Shown: positions 47,182 to 62,600 of the stretch, piece after piece | Layout: every line of letters begins with the position of its first letter | How positions within the stretch are numbered: the first letter of the stretch is position 1 | Notes under the pieces: model-generated | Told to the model about the DNA's origin: nothing | What the model saw: only the letters and a program-made list of their open reading frames with translations | Databases searched by the model: none | NCBI GenBank assembly: GCA_040954595.2 | Contig: CM082588.2 | Location: 8,292,844-8,356,843, forward strand | DNA length: 64,000 bases | From: Balanoglossus misakiensis | Lineage: Eukaryota; Animalia; Hemichordata | Direction: 5' to 3' | Made by a program: the position numbers and the translations under genes

Positions 47182-50100
47182 TTATTGCTGATTGCAAAAT
47201 TGGACCCGTTTCTTTTGTTGAGGGGGCTTTGTTTTCTCTTCCCGTGCCATTTTAGCCCAGGCATACTCCAGACCACACTCTTCTGCTTTGTTCATGTATT
47301 TCAGTGCATTGGCAGAGTCGCCTTTTGCTTGGTAAACTCTGGCAAGATAATAACATGCCCATGATATGTAGAATTGGTCACGGAGGGTGCTGATCAGATG
47401 GGAATATATTTCACATGCATCACTGTACTGTTTCAAGCGTGTGAGGGCAGCGGCCTTCCAGAGAGAAGCAACGGGATACAAACCACCTGCATATGCAACT
47501 GCTTTGTCGAAATACTCTATGGCTTCTAGCAGGCACTGACGATTGCTTTCTATCGGATTGTGTTCGTATTTGGCCGCGTATGTGAGTCCTAGGTTCCACG
47601 CGAAAATTGGATAGTCTGGATCTTGTGCTGCAGCATTGTGAATAACTCGCAGTGCTTTTTCGAAGTCTGGAACACTGCTGTGGCAGTAATAAGAACGTGC
47701 ATAATGCACCGCGAAATTGGATACAGGGGTTAATTTGAGTGCTTTCTGAATGAGTTGACCTGCTTCTTCATAGCGACCTTCCTCAACTGACAGGTCACTT
47801 AAAACTGCCAAAGCATAGCTGTGATGGGCATTTTTCTTAAGAACTCTCTCAAGCAAATGTCTTTCTTTTGCCATTATTTGTAAAGCTTCCTGACATTTTG
47901 AATCTATACAGACACGAGAACGTTTGTGTGAAAGAGATAATGCTTGCCAAAACAGCCAATCTGTTTGTTCTGGAAGTTCTACTAAAGCACGATCAAAGCT
48001 ATCAATTCCCTCATCACGCGTTTTCTTGACAAAATAAGTCAGAGAGACACCCTTGTGAGCATATACATACGCTTTCTGTTTCCCTGACAATTTATCAAGT
48101 GACAAAGTTGCTATCAACTTAAGAGTTTCATCAACTCTGTCCATCTCACCCGACAAGAAATGAACCCATGCTTTATCTGCAAGAAGAACCAACTTATCAC
48201 CAAGTGGACCATCGTCGTCACCATCACAGCTGTCCAGTTCTTTCTGGTTGTCGGTGAGGGCGTCATCAAACCACTTCAAAGCGGCGCTTGGATCTCTCTT
48301 GTCTTCTGATATCAGTTTGGACACGTACAGGTAACCTTTCATAGCTTTATGGGGAACTGGAGAGAACGCCTGGTTGTGATATTTAAGGTTGTTGTCCGAA
48401 GATCTCTGTAAAATCTGAAGTACAAGAAATGGTGTTGTCCGAATCAGACTGTAAGAACTACAGTACATGGAAAGTCATGTTACAGTGTGTCATGTGAAAA
48501 CCCAGGTGCTTAACGCTTGTACAGATCCTATGTTGATATTTTATTGATTGTAATTAAGGTAGCTAAAAAAACGATAAGATCTCCCGATTTCACGTCATAC
48601 GAGCGCTCACACTATGTTCGGGCCTATACCCCACTGACACATATACAGATAAAGAAATCGCTTTATGTGTCAGTGGGGCATAGGGTCGAACTTGTCGTAT
48701 GACGTGAAATCGGGAGATCGTCTATAAGCTACTGATTTATCGTTTATAGCCACCTTCCAATTAATAAAATACCTGTGTGTGAAAACATCAGACGATTGAT
48801 GAAGAAAACTCTAATGATTGACAAATTTTTAAATATTTCACTTTAAATGATGCAAAAAGTGGATATTCAGCATGTTGCTTTTTATATTTCAATTTGCGTC
48901 ATTATTAACATCTGAGAGGAATACACATTTCCTTGGTTTTCGTGACATTTCAACAAGTCAGATATAGCTGTTATGAAACGCTTTAAAATGTCATAAAGCT
49001 GTACTTCAAATGAAAATGCAAATAAATGTCCTCACCTCAAAACTGTTGTCACACAATTCTTCGAGTTTCCAGGTAAAATGGCAGGGAAACCTCTGCAGTA
49101 TTTCTTCATAGGACTTTGCTGTATGCTTCAATCCCATTATGTGTGTAACTGAAAATTATATTGAATAGTAAAAACAAAGTTCGGGTTATAAACTGATTTT
49201 TACGATTTTAATTTTAAATTGAGATTGGTCTATTGAAATTAGCTTTTTTAATATGGTATCAACATTTTAGGAGAGATCAATCGGTGAATGAAATATTAGT
49301 AAGCGCCAGAGCGTAAATTGTCTCCCAAAAGAAACTAAAGCAACCAAAATATCCGTCTTCAATATTGAGCGATTTCGTTCCTTCTGCTTTTTGAAGCGAC
49401 ATTCCCTTCGGAAAATCAGTTGAAATAATTTAGTTGTATAATAAATAATAAATTTCCCGGACCATGTTAAGTATAATCATTTTGCATGGAAGGTCAATTA
49501 CAGGAAAAGGGGAAAAACAAAGTGAAAAAGGAAGTTTTTAGACCGAACTCTGAAATTCACTTTTGCTCCTGGACACAAGATTGTAATATAAAATAAATAC
49601 GGCCTATAATCGAACTTTTGGGGAGAACATTTTGTTTATTTGGAGGAGATGATACAACGGATGGATAGATATGTTGCAGATAGCTGCATTACCTTCGATG
49701 TTTTTGTCTACAGGTGGAGCAGTTGCACTTTTCGGTTCCTGAAGTTCATCGATAGTCTGACGTAACTGTCGGACGTTGTCTTTCAGCTTGGTAATTGTCG
49801 TGGTTAGTTTGGAACTTTGAGTTTCACTGCTTTCCAGCATTTCCTTCAGAAGCTCACGTGACTGCTCACTTTCTTCACTTTTCCCCTTAAGGATCGTATA
49901 TTCCATATTCTTGGATTGTAGTAGTTCTCGAATCTCCTTGATTTCGTTAAAGAGCGAAGTGATGACAGAGAGATAGTTGTCTGTCGAGACTGGTTCCAAA
50001 ACACGAGCAGCTCCTTCTTTTGATAAAGAGTCCGCCAGAATCTTGTCCGATTCTTTGGTGCCAGTTTTCAAGATGTTGACGCCATTTTGATTGACCAATC

Positions 50101-53100
50101 TCTTTATTTCTGATGAAAATGCGATTCAACATTGTTTGCAAAATGTTATATATGATTGATATGAAGTAACCCCCTTTACAATTGGGTCGGAGGTCGTGAA
50201 ATGCAAATAAATGGGCACTATCCATTTTACTTCACGCTCGATGTGCAAATCAATGGCAGACTAGTACACACCTATATTTAGAATCATACTTCAACAAGCA
50301 GCCAACTAAACCAAAACATTCCCTTTAGAACAAATTTCAGCAGCAAGCTTATTTGTTTTGATTAGTTGAATAGAGTATTGTTTATAAGATTTTTTTTTAC
50401 AATTTTCAAAGGTATTTTGAATGAATCAGCATAAATATCTTCATTTTTAGTGTAAATCACAAAATTCACCATTTTTGGCCAGTATTGTTTGGCCAACTTC
50501 CATGCCTAAATGTTTGTGAACACTGACCTTCTCTATCATATCTGAATGTCTCTCCCTCTGGTAAAGTGATCGAAGACAACTGTTGACTATCCAACATCAA
50601 ACACCGTCTGATTCCAAGGACACCAAGAACTTCTGGCCGTTCATCCAACAACGAAGACAGCTGTAGAGGGCGCTGTATTTTTATCAACAGTACGATTGGT
50701 GTCTGTGTGTCTCCCACATCAACATCTATCTCAGCTTCCAAAGTGCCGGAACCACCAAGTAGTTTTGATAAACCGATTCTGTTTTGGCGTGTGGCATAGA
50801 CAGACCTGTCAGTCTCCACGGCAACAACTGCGCTCTTGTCATCTACATTCACAAACGACGCAGAGAAAGGCTCAATAAATGATATGTATTCTCATAAAAT
50901 TGTATTTTTCAACAATAATTTTTCTTCTGGTTGAATATTTAAGTGCCCATGAAAAAAAACCTGCACACTCATAGCCTGTCAGCTAGAAACAAAAGCAGTC
51001 ACAGAAACACTCAACTTGAAAAATAATTCTTGCCGTACGCTGTCATCCATAAATAGTAGTTACCTTGTTTAGTCAACATCTTTCCAGGTTCTGTACACTT
51101 TTCTCCGCACAAACCACAGACCTCAGAAGATTTCACTTCCGGTACATAGCCTATAATAATTAAAGTTACGAAATCGTCATGACATATATCGTTGAACGCA
51201 TTTGCAATGTTAACATTGATCCATAAGAACGTGAGTGTACAATTGAAAAGTTTGACAAGGTGTCAGTTAGTGCAATGCATTCACATGAAATTCACATGAA
51301 ATCACTTTGAAATGGGTATGAATACAGGAACTTGAAAGTACATGTACTCCGCTGAAAAAAAAACCCCATATAACACAGATACGAGTCTAGAACTGAAAAT
51401 AACCAAAGGTTTCAGGTAAAATCCTTCAATTCAAACGAATACACAATGTTCGGCAACATCTAATAACTAAATTGTTAAACTATTAACTTGCCTTCCTTGA
51501 TGTACTTCAATTCTGCCAGACATCGTTGATATCTCCATGTCTCTATGGTTGTCTTCAGGTTAACGTCAGATACATTGAGTTTCTGGAGCAATTCGGGTGT
51601 GATCATGTCTGCCTTAAACAGATCTCCCAGTATCCCTTGCCTGTAGTCACGCCATAGTCTCTCCACTGACTTTGATGTCTGGCATGTCAATACAACATTT
51701 ACACTGCCCCGCTTGATTTCTTCGATTTGTAAGTTTCCAACACTGTTGAGATGGTCTTTGACTTTTGGTAAATCGTTTTCAGAGTTGCTGTTGTTGATTA
51801 TCTCATTTTCGATGAGTTCAACCTGGTCTGGAGTCAAGGTTGGACCAGATACCTCCAGGCTTACTTCGATTTTCCCTAAAATAAGATCATTATATTAGAT
51901 TCGTCAGTGTTTTCCATCTCTTTTCCGAAGTTACTGTTACTTTTTTCGAAATGCAGGTACACAATATGCAAAATACCGATTTTCGATTAGACCGAACAGA
52001 GCTACTCGCCAATAAGCGATTTTTTAAAATCGTGACAAGTTGCATCCATCCCTTCTCATATTGTGATTCTTGAATGATGTTAACTTTAATAACCACTATC
52101 TGAATTCATCTTCTGAAACAAGAATCTCCATCCTCATGATAGTCCGGTATGCGAAGGTCTTCAGTTATAGAGGAGAACCATTTGATTTCTGGAAAGGGGG
52201 TGGAGTATGTCACCAGTTTTTTTCAGTCACTGTAGGCCTACAGCAGTTTTTTTCGATTGTCTGTCTACCTTTTACTTCAAGGCACTGCAGAAGAAATTAC
52301 ATTTCCTCATCATCATCTACCAACAATTCTTCCTCCAAAAAAAACCATCCACCCCTAGAAATCAAATGCTTCTCCCCTATTTGATTAGTTGAAATGGCAG
52401 TCGATTATGCAACAGGATTTAGCATACCCAGCTTAGATTTGAGAGTGTCCTCATGCGTTTGTCCAGCACCAGGATTTTGTTGGCCACCTTCACCAGTTTT
52501 ATTCAAATCACCACTTTCTGGTCTATTGTTACTGGGGAGATCTTCAACCTGATTTTCTTTTTCGCTTCTACCGGAATTGGAGACTCGTTGTCCTTGGTCA
52601 CGAACTGTTTCCTTTTCCCCTAGGGACGGGTGTGAAAAACTCAATTTACTATCATATTCACCCTAGTTGCACAAATGCTTCACAATTATATGGAGTCTGG
52701 TAAAACATTCAATTGCTTTTGTGTATTAAAATCCATTTTTGCAACAGTAAATCACTGAGAGACAAACATGTCGCTGTTAATATGTTAATATATTGTCATA
52801 TTGTCATAACTGTATGTTGTCCAAAGCAACGTATACAGTGCGTGCAACATTCCCTCTATCTATCGCTATTTACCTTTGGAAGGCTCTTCTGCAGGGTCAT
52901 CGCATTCTGTAGGGCAAAATACACATTCCAACAGCTTGGTGTGATGGTCAGCAATAACACCATTCTCAGCGGATATTTGTAGTGCCGTCTTTAGTTCTTG
53001 TGCAGCATTCTTTGCACGACCATATTCACTTAGGATATCCATGATAGCACATACCCACTTTTCTTTTCCGCTGTCAAGACTTTCGCTCGGTCCCACGTCA

Positions 53101-54140
53101 CAAGTTTGTACACCATTGGAGGGGAAGTGTTCCTTTAGGAATGTTGCCAGACCTGATTGCTCTGGATGTAGTGTAGGAACACCAGCAGTGCAGGATAGAA
53201 GACCGAATATACCAAATGGGTCTCCTTTAGTTGTGCAATTTATCACGATGTCACACTGTTTCAAATCGTTCTTTAACTGGCTTATCGATGCGTTGTTTGG
53301 ATACATGTGGATATTTAATCGATTGGACATTGTCATCCTCTCAAGCCTCTGTTGACATTCCCCACATGGTTCAGAAGATACATATCCTCTTAACTTCCAC
53401 TTGATTTGCGTAGAGAAATACTTGTATATGTCAGCAACTTTCCCCATGCCACGCGCGACTGCTTCAAATTCTTCCAGGTCACGCAGTCCTGTTATGGTAT
53501 GTACAGATAGGACATTGATGGTTTTACGTAAACTGGTTTTATTCACAGAAAGATTACCGACGTCTTTCTTCATGCAGGGAATGTATGCAACGTGCTCCAC
53601 TTGTGAGTTTAGCAAAGGCTGAATCTTCACCTCAAACTCTTCATATACTGATGGTCCAACGGACAGACTAACAGAGCACTTTTTTGCATATTCCAGCATT
53701 TCATCATCTTTGGCAGCCAAGTCTAAAGGATCTAGATTCATGTTTTCCGGTGTGTCAGAATAGACAGGAACAAAACTCGCAGTTGGAAAAACGTCTTCTT
53801 GAATACTCTTTGCTGTACTGGCAGTTCCATCCTTACAAGCAGTACCATATACGGTCGTAATTGGGTGATATTTCTTTAACTGTTGAAAATAGTGTTCGTG
53901 TAAAATTAACCAATCACTTGTCGGCTTTCCCTCTTTGATTGGGAGAATCAGCTCCACTCCATGACGCCTTGCTTCTTCAACTTCTTTGTCAGAAGCCTGT
54001 AACGCCATGAAGTAAACCTGGTTGTTTCCATCAGCAAGATCGATGGCCAATTGTCTCTCAGTAAGACATGTTGCAATATTGCGACTTCTCGGCCACCACT
54101 CCTCTCCGACAACCAATACACGATTCTTCACCTTTGCCAT
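47182..54140 (-). CDS. GT4-like/TRADD-N-like/coiled-coil/IFIT-like TPR fusion protein, copy 4 (~1335 aa)
   Basis: Exons 54140-52874, 52619-52428, 51875-51492, 51150-51064, 50842-50528, 50109-49693, 49148-49036, 48414-47182 sum to 4008 nt in frame when the inner of two tandem acceptors is used for the last exon. Confidence 0.75.
50384..50480. mobile_element. 97-bp intronic insertion flanked by a 10-bp direct repeat
   Basis: AGTATTGTTT on both sides; absent from the other four copies. Confidence 0.6.
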
Positions 54141-57100
54141 TTCTAATTGAGAATAAAATATGTTCGTGTTTATAGAGTTATCGGGGAATATTTCCACGGC
54201 TCGTCAAAAGAGGAATGCTATGGAAGGTACAATCATTATTATATTGCTGCAGACTCCTTGGCCTGCCACTCGGTGGACTGTCTGTCTCACTAAGCTCCGA
54301 GTGAGTGGTAATATATCGGATTCGCCGAAACAGTGGATGTTGTAATAGAAATACGTGTTGATACACGAAACACTGAAAACCCCAGCTTTTCTTAAATAAG
54401 GTAAATGAATAGCAACGGGCGAAGGAAACTATTTTGAGGTCTCCGTATTTTATAACATTGCACTTTATAAGTCGCGTGTTCGTTTGTCTTAAATTCTACT
54501 ATTAATAATTTTGTCAACCCATTTGGTTAGAATATGTATTGCATATGAACTGCCGTTGAACTCGTTGTTGCCAGCAAAATAAAACTGGCATTTTCTCCGG
54601 GTGATATGAATATGAGATAAAATAGTCCCTGCTGAAAGAGTGTTGAAGTGAAGACTTGTCTTTATTTTGAATTCGCGTTTCTATCAAGACCAATACTTAA
54701 AGAACTGAATTGATACATTGCAGTACTGTGCCTTGAAAAACTAGTCACCCGTATTTTTCATGAGTACATATGCAAATGACAATAACATGGAACTACTTTT
54801 TACTTGTAAACATTGAACGCCATGAATGCTAGAGCGGTGCATTATGACCAGTGAAACGCGGTGATTTGATCATTATTTGGTTTATTGTTATTTGCTTGAT
54901 CCTACCAACTCTCTTCAGTACAATAACATATTCAGTTGTCGACCTTAAAACAATGAAGGTTACTCGTTATCGCCAGTTTTATTGAATTGCGGATGCAATC
55001 TCGCGCTGGCGAATCTGAATAACTGACCCACGATGACCTCGTTTGCATACTAATGACTACGTAACTTTGCTTAAAATCAGACAGTCGGCGGGTTGCTTAT
55101 GACTGTCGCGTCAATCTACATGAAATCAAGATGAAACGATCGAAACTTTCAATTTTCGTCAATTTTCGAGACAATAATAATAACAGACTTTCATGCTATC
55201 TGCATACTTTTTGTGTGGACGGTACAGAAATGACTCGGTGCGTCAGTCCATATATTTTCACCGTAGAAAACAGTACCACGAGGAGTGCAAGAAAAGTGCT
55301 GACTCAGTATTGTCCACAAGGTTTTAGAAAATCTTATTAAAAAAGGTTGCATAGGAACATCCAAGTTCTCTTTATTTTTGTTTTAAAAATTAATTGTTAT
55401 AAAATACATTTTAAAAACAAGAAAATTACAATATTCTAAAATATGGAAAATTAAGCATGCGGCGGCCATCCTAAGTAAAATCTTAAAAAATAAACATTTC
55501 TGTTCATCAGATTTTGGTAGATTTTTAATATGTTATTAAGGAGATTCAATATTACAGAAAACCGCTGAGAAACCTTTTGTTGCATTTTTAGGGTAAGGTC
55601 CTTTTATTTCATAAGTGCAGCCAACTATTAGGCCGAACGCAGTATTGTTGATTCAAATCCATACTCTGGTTCATTCGAGGTCCCACCCCCTAAGCGACAA
55701 TGCGTCATCGACCTCCTGTGCAAACAAGCAGAAAGAGGTCAGCGATATACACAAAAGGTTTCTCACTCAATTGTGGCATTCCAAAAGTGAAAGAACGTGA
55801 AGTGAAAAAAATGTCCAACACTCGACTGTCAAATAGTAAAGAATGGGAACATTTATGGTAGACTCAGGTCCAAGTCATAAGTATTACATTAGTAGCATTG
55901 CTCGTAATTCTGTCGATAAATTCACAGTGTCTACAACAAAATTGACGTCAAATATTTTGATTCAAAAGGTCAGCCGAGTTCAGACCAACCTCCCACAAAC
56001 ATAGACAGAGAAACTGTGCAGATCATGTTACTCATGAGGAAGCACAAAATTATATCACTTTATACAAGTCTTAAACGACCTTAGATTCCAATTCCACATT
56101 TCAAACTCCAGAGTACGTGCCCCAGTATACTATTACCTGTGAACGTTTACCCAACCTTTTGAAATGTATTTCTAATTTCTTGAAGTCAGTCGATACACAT
56201 GGCAGCTACATTTTCTGTACTGAAATCATATTGCACTCTCCCAACTTTAAAATTGTAAACGGCCTGGCCTTAAAAGTTTAGTTTCTCTTTTGCCGTCTCA
56301 TTGTTCAGGTTAGCTGTTCCACCCGGGTGTGGTATGCTAATTCCCCGCAATCCCCCCCGGCGGAACAGCCGCGTTTCCACAGCTAGGTCCAGGTTAAAGA
56401 AAGTATACATTACCTGTGTGTTACTTACCTGTTGATTTCCACAGAATCGTGATTGGGTTTAATAGGACGTCCTCCCTTTGTGATTAAATGTGTCCAAGAG
56501 TGTCAGTCACATCAAGTGAACGCGAGAAATGTGATTCACAGGTGAACATATACCGTGTTGTTGACTCGTACAGATTGCGGAAAAGAACAGTTTAACAGCC
56601 AAAATCATGATAATAACTTTAGCGACGCCATTGGTGCCAAGCCCAGTTTGACCAAAACGAGGCTGGTTGCCAGGTCGTTCGTGACATCACGGGTGACATT
56701 GTTTAGGCGTTTGGAGTCTTTTTTACAACAAGCGACTCGGACATGGGTGGGGGAGATGAGCAAGGTAGAGAGGGTGGACTTTGACCGTGAGTTTCCCTTA
56801 TTGTCTCCCCTTTGTGAATCTCCAAATAAGGAGATTTGATAGAAAATCTATAGGCCTATGCAACTCTGTATGAATTATGATCACTGTTTACGTCTTTTTT
56901 GTGGGACATTTCATGTGAAGTATAGATCGATTCAATATATGAACTAATTGAATAAATTTAAAACATAACGCTAACTGCGCAAGATAGTGGTTGTGATAAT
57001 TTAATCTTGACCAACGATATTTATTTTACTTAAATCATAAACGATGTTTGTTTTACCAAAACAGGCTGCATAGATAAACTTAATAATAAGGATTTCATCC

Positions 57101-57309
57101 TATGGCTTGGGCACTTTCATTAAGAAGCTGCATTTGAAATATAAAACAAAATTAACAAACGTTGACAAAAGTTAAGGACCACAGCTAGATGAAATAAAAT
57201 ATTTTATCATAAAACCACCTTGCTATTATGTGTTTACCTAAACATTGATTCTGTCGCTCAGTTTTGTTTACAAAATCTCAATCAATTTGACATCAGAGCA
57301 GAACGTTTT

Positions 57310-57517
57310 TGTTGAGTTGTGGGGATCGCTCATGATGGAGGAGATAAAAGTCGGATTGAAAAGACAGCACACTGGAACTTTCTTTCAATATGGCCGGAGT
57401 AGTGATTAACATCCGGGGTACTTTATTTTACAAAACTGTACCTCTTGAGGGCGCAATACACAATGATTATACAACTGCTTTGCATTACAATGAGATCATT
57501 GAATATGTATGCCAACA
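57310..57517. mobile_element. Solo LTR (208 bp)
   Basis: TGTTG...CAACA termini, 5-bp TSD GTTTT, minus-strand AATAAA; empty sites GAACGTTTTCTATTCTG at ~10586 and ~30831. Confidence 0.8.
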
Positions 57518-59601
57518 GTTTTCTATTCTGTGCCATTAAATTTTACAAATATCATCACATAAACGTATAATCTTATGACTGTACAAGAAATGGTGTGGTA
57601 TGAAAATTACATTACATTTGTATTTTTTTCAAATTGCCTCACTGTATGAAAGAAAAGTCAACACATCCCCTGAATATTTACCAGTATATATTTTGTTGTC
57701 CTAATATTTATGTTAAACGTTATACATGTATTTACAATTGGATGAAAGTTGCATGAGACATGGCAGAATCTCTCAACAAGCTTTAATTATGTTATTTATT
57801 TTACATAAACAAATTATGCTAAACACTTAGTCTGCATCAATTAAACAATCATCCGTGTTTATATTGGCTGCCGCAAGATGTTGGGAAGGAAAATAGATGT
57901 TTAAATTTACTGTATTTTCGAGTCTCATATACCTACATATACCAAACCCTGGTCAGCTTAACTTGGTGAAATACCAAACATTCATTAGTACAGATTCTAC
58001 ATTAGGAAAATTACACAACAAAAGATACAGAGAATTAATTATTTGTTTTAAAATTACATGGCTATATGAAGAGAAAAGTCATTGAATTCGCCATACATCA
58101 CACTGAATGTTTTATCACTAAAGAAGAAGTTCACATTTATTGTTTGTTGCCCAGACTGGACATCTTGAATAACTTGAAAGTTTCTACGCAAATAATTGCA
58201 ATACAATAAACGTGACAAAAGAAATAAGACAATACACACTGTACCAAGCCTTAAAATGAACCAATGAAAATCAAGACATTTACTCTGAAAACCAATCATA
58301 TCAAACTGGCGTCAAAATAGGCAATCAAAATTGGTACTGCGACACTATAGTTTACACCACAAGAAAACTGCTGATGGTAGCTATGATGATGTGTCACACG
58401 GAAAACTCAATATGTACATCACATTCTTTAGTTATCTGAAATGTTCAAATACTAGTAGTATGGTACAATGGGTATGACTGATCAAATACTTTACACTTGC
58501 GTGTCATTATTTTTTCAAACTTGAAAATCCCAAGTACCGCCAGCCATCGAAATAAACTCACTGAATTGTAAACCACCGATCGTTCGTTGGTCAACAGCAT
58601 GTAGATAGAAAAATGTACAACATGGCAAAGAACAGTAAGGGCTTACAAGAAGAGTATGTGAATCTGCAGAGGGCGCTATTTTCTCCTGTACCCAAACTCA
58701 ACAAGAGTGGACACAGCTTTACTTACAAATAAGTTGTGATACATTTTGTCATCTCTTGGTTCTTACATTTTGCTAAAATGAAATTTTCAAAGTAAAGTAT
58801 GTACAATGTTTAAACAAATGCTTCATTCTAACAGATACAAAACAACAACAACAACAACAAAAGTTGAACACATTCTACAACTGTACTGATACACGAGAAA
58901 ACTATCTGCATATTGGCAAAATAAATCCAAAAGTAATGAACAGTGCAAACACAAAAAACTAATTCAAATTCATCTCCTGTAGAGTAGACACGTGGTTATA
59001 TGACACACAATGTATATATCCACACATACAATATTTACTGTGTTATAAGGAAAGCCAAATAACAAATAGTAAATAATATATAACGCTTGGAAACATTGAA
59101 AGCTAGAATTGTCGGTTTCCAAGACAACTCCAAAACGTTGCTAACAGTCAAAATGAACATTTCAGGAAACTTTTCTAAAATAAGACTTTTCACTGCAGAG
59201 TATGTAGTTGGTTGAAATGTGATGGAAGCAACCACAAGATCGTTACAAATAATTCTTAAAACACACGGTAACGACACATCCCTCCATTGTTGATTCAAAA
59301 TGATGTATGCTCACTAATTTGACTAACCAAGCACAAACGTGTACATTATTGTGAACTTTCAACCTTTGAAGGGTGGGTGTCGGTTGATTGGAACGTACAA
59401 CATTGATAACAAACATATTATTACTATGGACAAACAATATTAGGCAAAATCCCTGAAATAACATTCCTTTTGCAGACGGAGGCTTGTAGTTGGTTAACAT
59501 GCTTGAGGCTCCCAGGAAATCGTTGTTTGTTGGTATCCCTAGATTATTTATTTCGTCACTGTCTAATTTGTAATTTTCTTTACTGCTGATTACAAGTTAA
59601 A

Positions 59602-62600
59602 TTATTTTTTTTTCTGTTCAGATAACCATGCTTTGTACTCCTGTGCATACTTGCCCCATGCATACTCCCGATCACAGGCTTCTGTTATGTTTAGGTATTT
59701 CAGTGCATTGGTAGAGTCATCTTGTGCTTGGTAAGCGTAGGCAAGATTATAACATGCATTTAGTATGTGATATGGGTCAGAGAGGGTGCTGATCAGATGG
59801 GTATATATTTCACATGCATCACTGTACTGTTTCAAGTATGTGAGGGAAACGGCCTTCCGGAGAGAAGCAGTGGGATAAAAACCACCTGCATATGCAACTG
59901 CTTTGTCGAGACACTCTATGGCTTTTATCAGGCACTGGCGATTGCTTTCTATCGGATTGTGTTCGTATTTGGCCTCGTATGTGACTCCTAGGTGAAACGT
60001 GAAATTTGGATTGTCTGGATCTTGTGCTGCAGCATTGTGAATAACTCGCAGTGCTTTTTCGAAGTCTGGAACATTGCTGTGGCAGTAATAACGACGTGCA
60101 GAATCCACCGCGAAATTGGATAAAGGGGTTAATTCGAGTGCTTTCTGGAGGAGTTGACCTGCTTCTTCATAGCGACCTTCATAGTGTGACAGATTACTTA
60201 AAAGTGCCAAAGCATAGCTGTGATGGGCATTCTTCTTAAGAACTCGCTCAAGCAAATTTCTTTCTTGTGCCATTATTTGTAAGGCTTCGTGGCATTTTGA
60301 ATCTCCATAGACACGATAACGTTTTCGTGAAAGAGAGAATGCTTGCCAAAGCATCCAATCTGTTTGTTCTGGAAGTTCTACTAAAGCACGATCAAAGCTA
60401 TCAATTGCCTCATCACACGTTTTCTTGACAAAATAAGCAAGAGAGATACCCTTGTGAGCATATACATACGCTTTCTGTTTCCCTGAAAATTTATCAATTG
60501 ACAAAGTTGATATCAACTTAAGTGTTTCATCAACTCTGTCCATTTCACCCGATATGAAATAAACCCATGCTTTATCTGCAAGAAGAACCAACGTATCACC
60601 AAGTGGACCATCGTCGTCACCATCACAGCTGTCCAGTTCTTTCTGGTTGTCGGTGAGGGCGTCATCAATCCACTTCAAAGCGGCGAGTGGATCTCTCTTG
60701 TCTTCTGATCTCAGTTTGGACACGTACAGGTAACCTTTCATTGCTTTATGGGGAACTGGAGAGAACTCCTGGTTGTGATGTTTAAGGTTGTTGTCCAATT
60801 TACACTGTAAGAACTACAGTACATAGAAAGGCATATGTTACAGTGTCATGTGAAAACACAGGTGCTTGTACAGATGCTTTGTTGATATTTTATTGATTGT
60901 AATTAAGGTAGCTAAAAACGATAAGATCTCCCGATTTCACGTCATATGAGCGCCCACACTATCTTCGGGCCTATACCCCACTGACACATAAACAGATAAA
61001 GAAATATCTTTATGTGTCAGTGGGGTATAGGCCCAAACATAGCTCTTATGACGCGAAATCGGGAGATCGTCTAAGCTACTGATTTATCGTTTTATAGCCA
61101 CCTTGATAAAATACCTGTGTGTGAAAACATCAGACGCATGATTGGAATGAAATAAGAAGATGTGATTGATGAAGAAAACTCTAATGATTGACAAATTTTT
61201 AAATATGACACTTAAATGATGCAAAAAGTGGATATTCAGCATGTTGCTTTTTATATTTCAATTTGCGTCATTATTAACATCTGAGAGGAATACACATTTC
61301 CTTGGTTTTCGTGACAGATATAGCTGTTATGAAACGCTTTAACATTTCATTAACCTGTACTTCAAATATGAAAATAAATGTCCTCACCTCAAAACTATCA
61401 TCAGAAAATTCTTCGAGTTTCCAGGTAAGGTGGCAGGGAAATCTCTGCAGTATTTCTTCATAGGACTTTGCTGTATGCTTCAATTCCGGTTTGTGTGTAA
61501 ACGAAAATTCTATTGAATAGTAAAAACAATTTGGGTTATAAACTGATTTCATGATTTTAATTTTAAATTGAGATTGGTCTATTGAAATTAGCTTTTTGGT
61601 ATTCCAACATTTTGGGAGAGAGTTGAGTTGTACCAACCAATGAATGAAATATTACTAAGCGCAGAGCGTAAAGTGTCTCCCAAAAGAAACTAAAACAACC
61701 AAAATATCCGCGTCAATATTGATCGAGTTTATTGAAACGATATTCCCTTGGGAAAATCAGTTGAAAGTGACGCAAACTAATAATTTAGTTTTAAAATAAA
61801 AATGCCGGAACATGTTATGTATAATGATTTTGCATGGAAGGTCAATTGCAGGAAAGATAAAACAAAGTAAAACGGAAGGTTTTCAGACCGATCTCTGAAA
61901 TTCGATTTTTGCTCCTGGACACAAGATTGTAATAGAAAATAAATCCGGCCTATAATCGAACTTGTTGGGAGCACATTTTATTTATTTGGAGCAGATGATA
62001 CAACGGATGGATGGATATGTTGCAGATAACTGCATTACCTTCAATGTTTTTGTCTACAGGTGGCACAATTGTAGTTTTCGTTTCCTGAAGTTCATCGATA
62101 GTCTGACGTAACTGTCGGACGTTGTCTTTCAGCTTGGTATTTGTCGTGAGTAGTTTGGAACTTTGAGTTTCACTGCTTTCCAGCATTTCCTTCAGAAGCC
62201 CACGTGACTGCTCACTTTCTTCACTTTTCCCCTTAAGGATCGTATATTCCATCTTCTTGGATTGTAGCAGTTCTCGAATCTCCTTGATTTCGTTAAAGAG
62301 CGAAGTGATGACAGAGAGATAGTTGTCTGTCGAGATTTGTTCCAAAACACGAGCAGCTCCTTCTTTTGAAAAAGATTCCGCCAGAATCTTGTCCGACTCT
62401 TTCGTGCCAGTGTTCAAGATGTTGACGCCATTTTGATTGACGAGTCTCTTCAGTTCTGATGAAATGTTATTAAACATAGTTTATAGCAAAATGTTATTTA
62501 TGATCTATGATGTAATCCCCTTTGCAATTAATTGGTCGGAGGCCGTGGAATGCAAATAAATGGGCACTATCTATTTTACTTCACGCTCGATGTGCAAATC

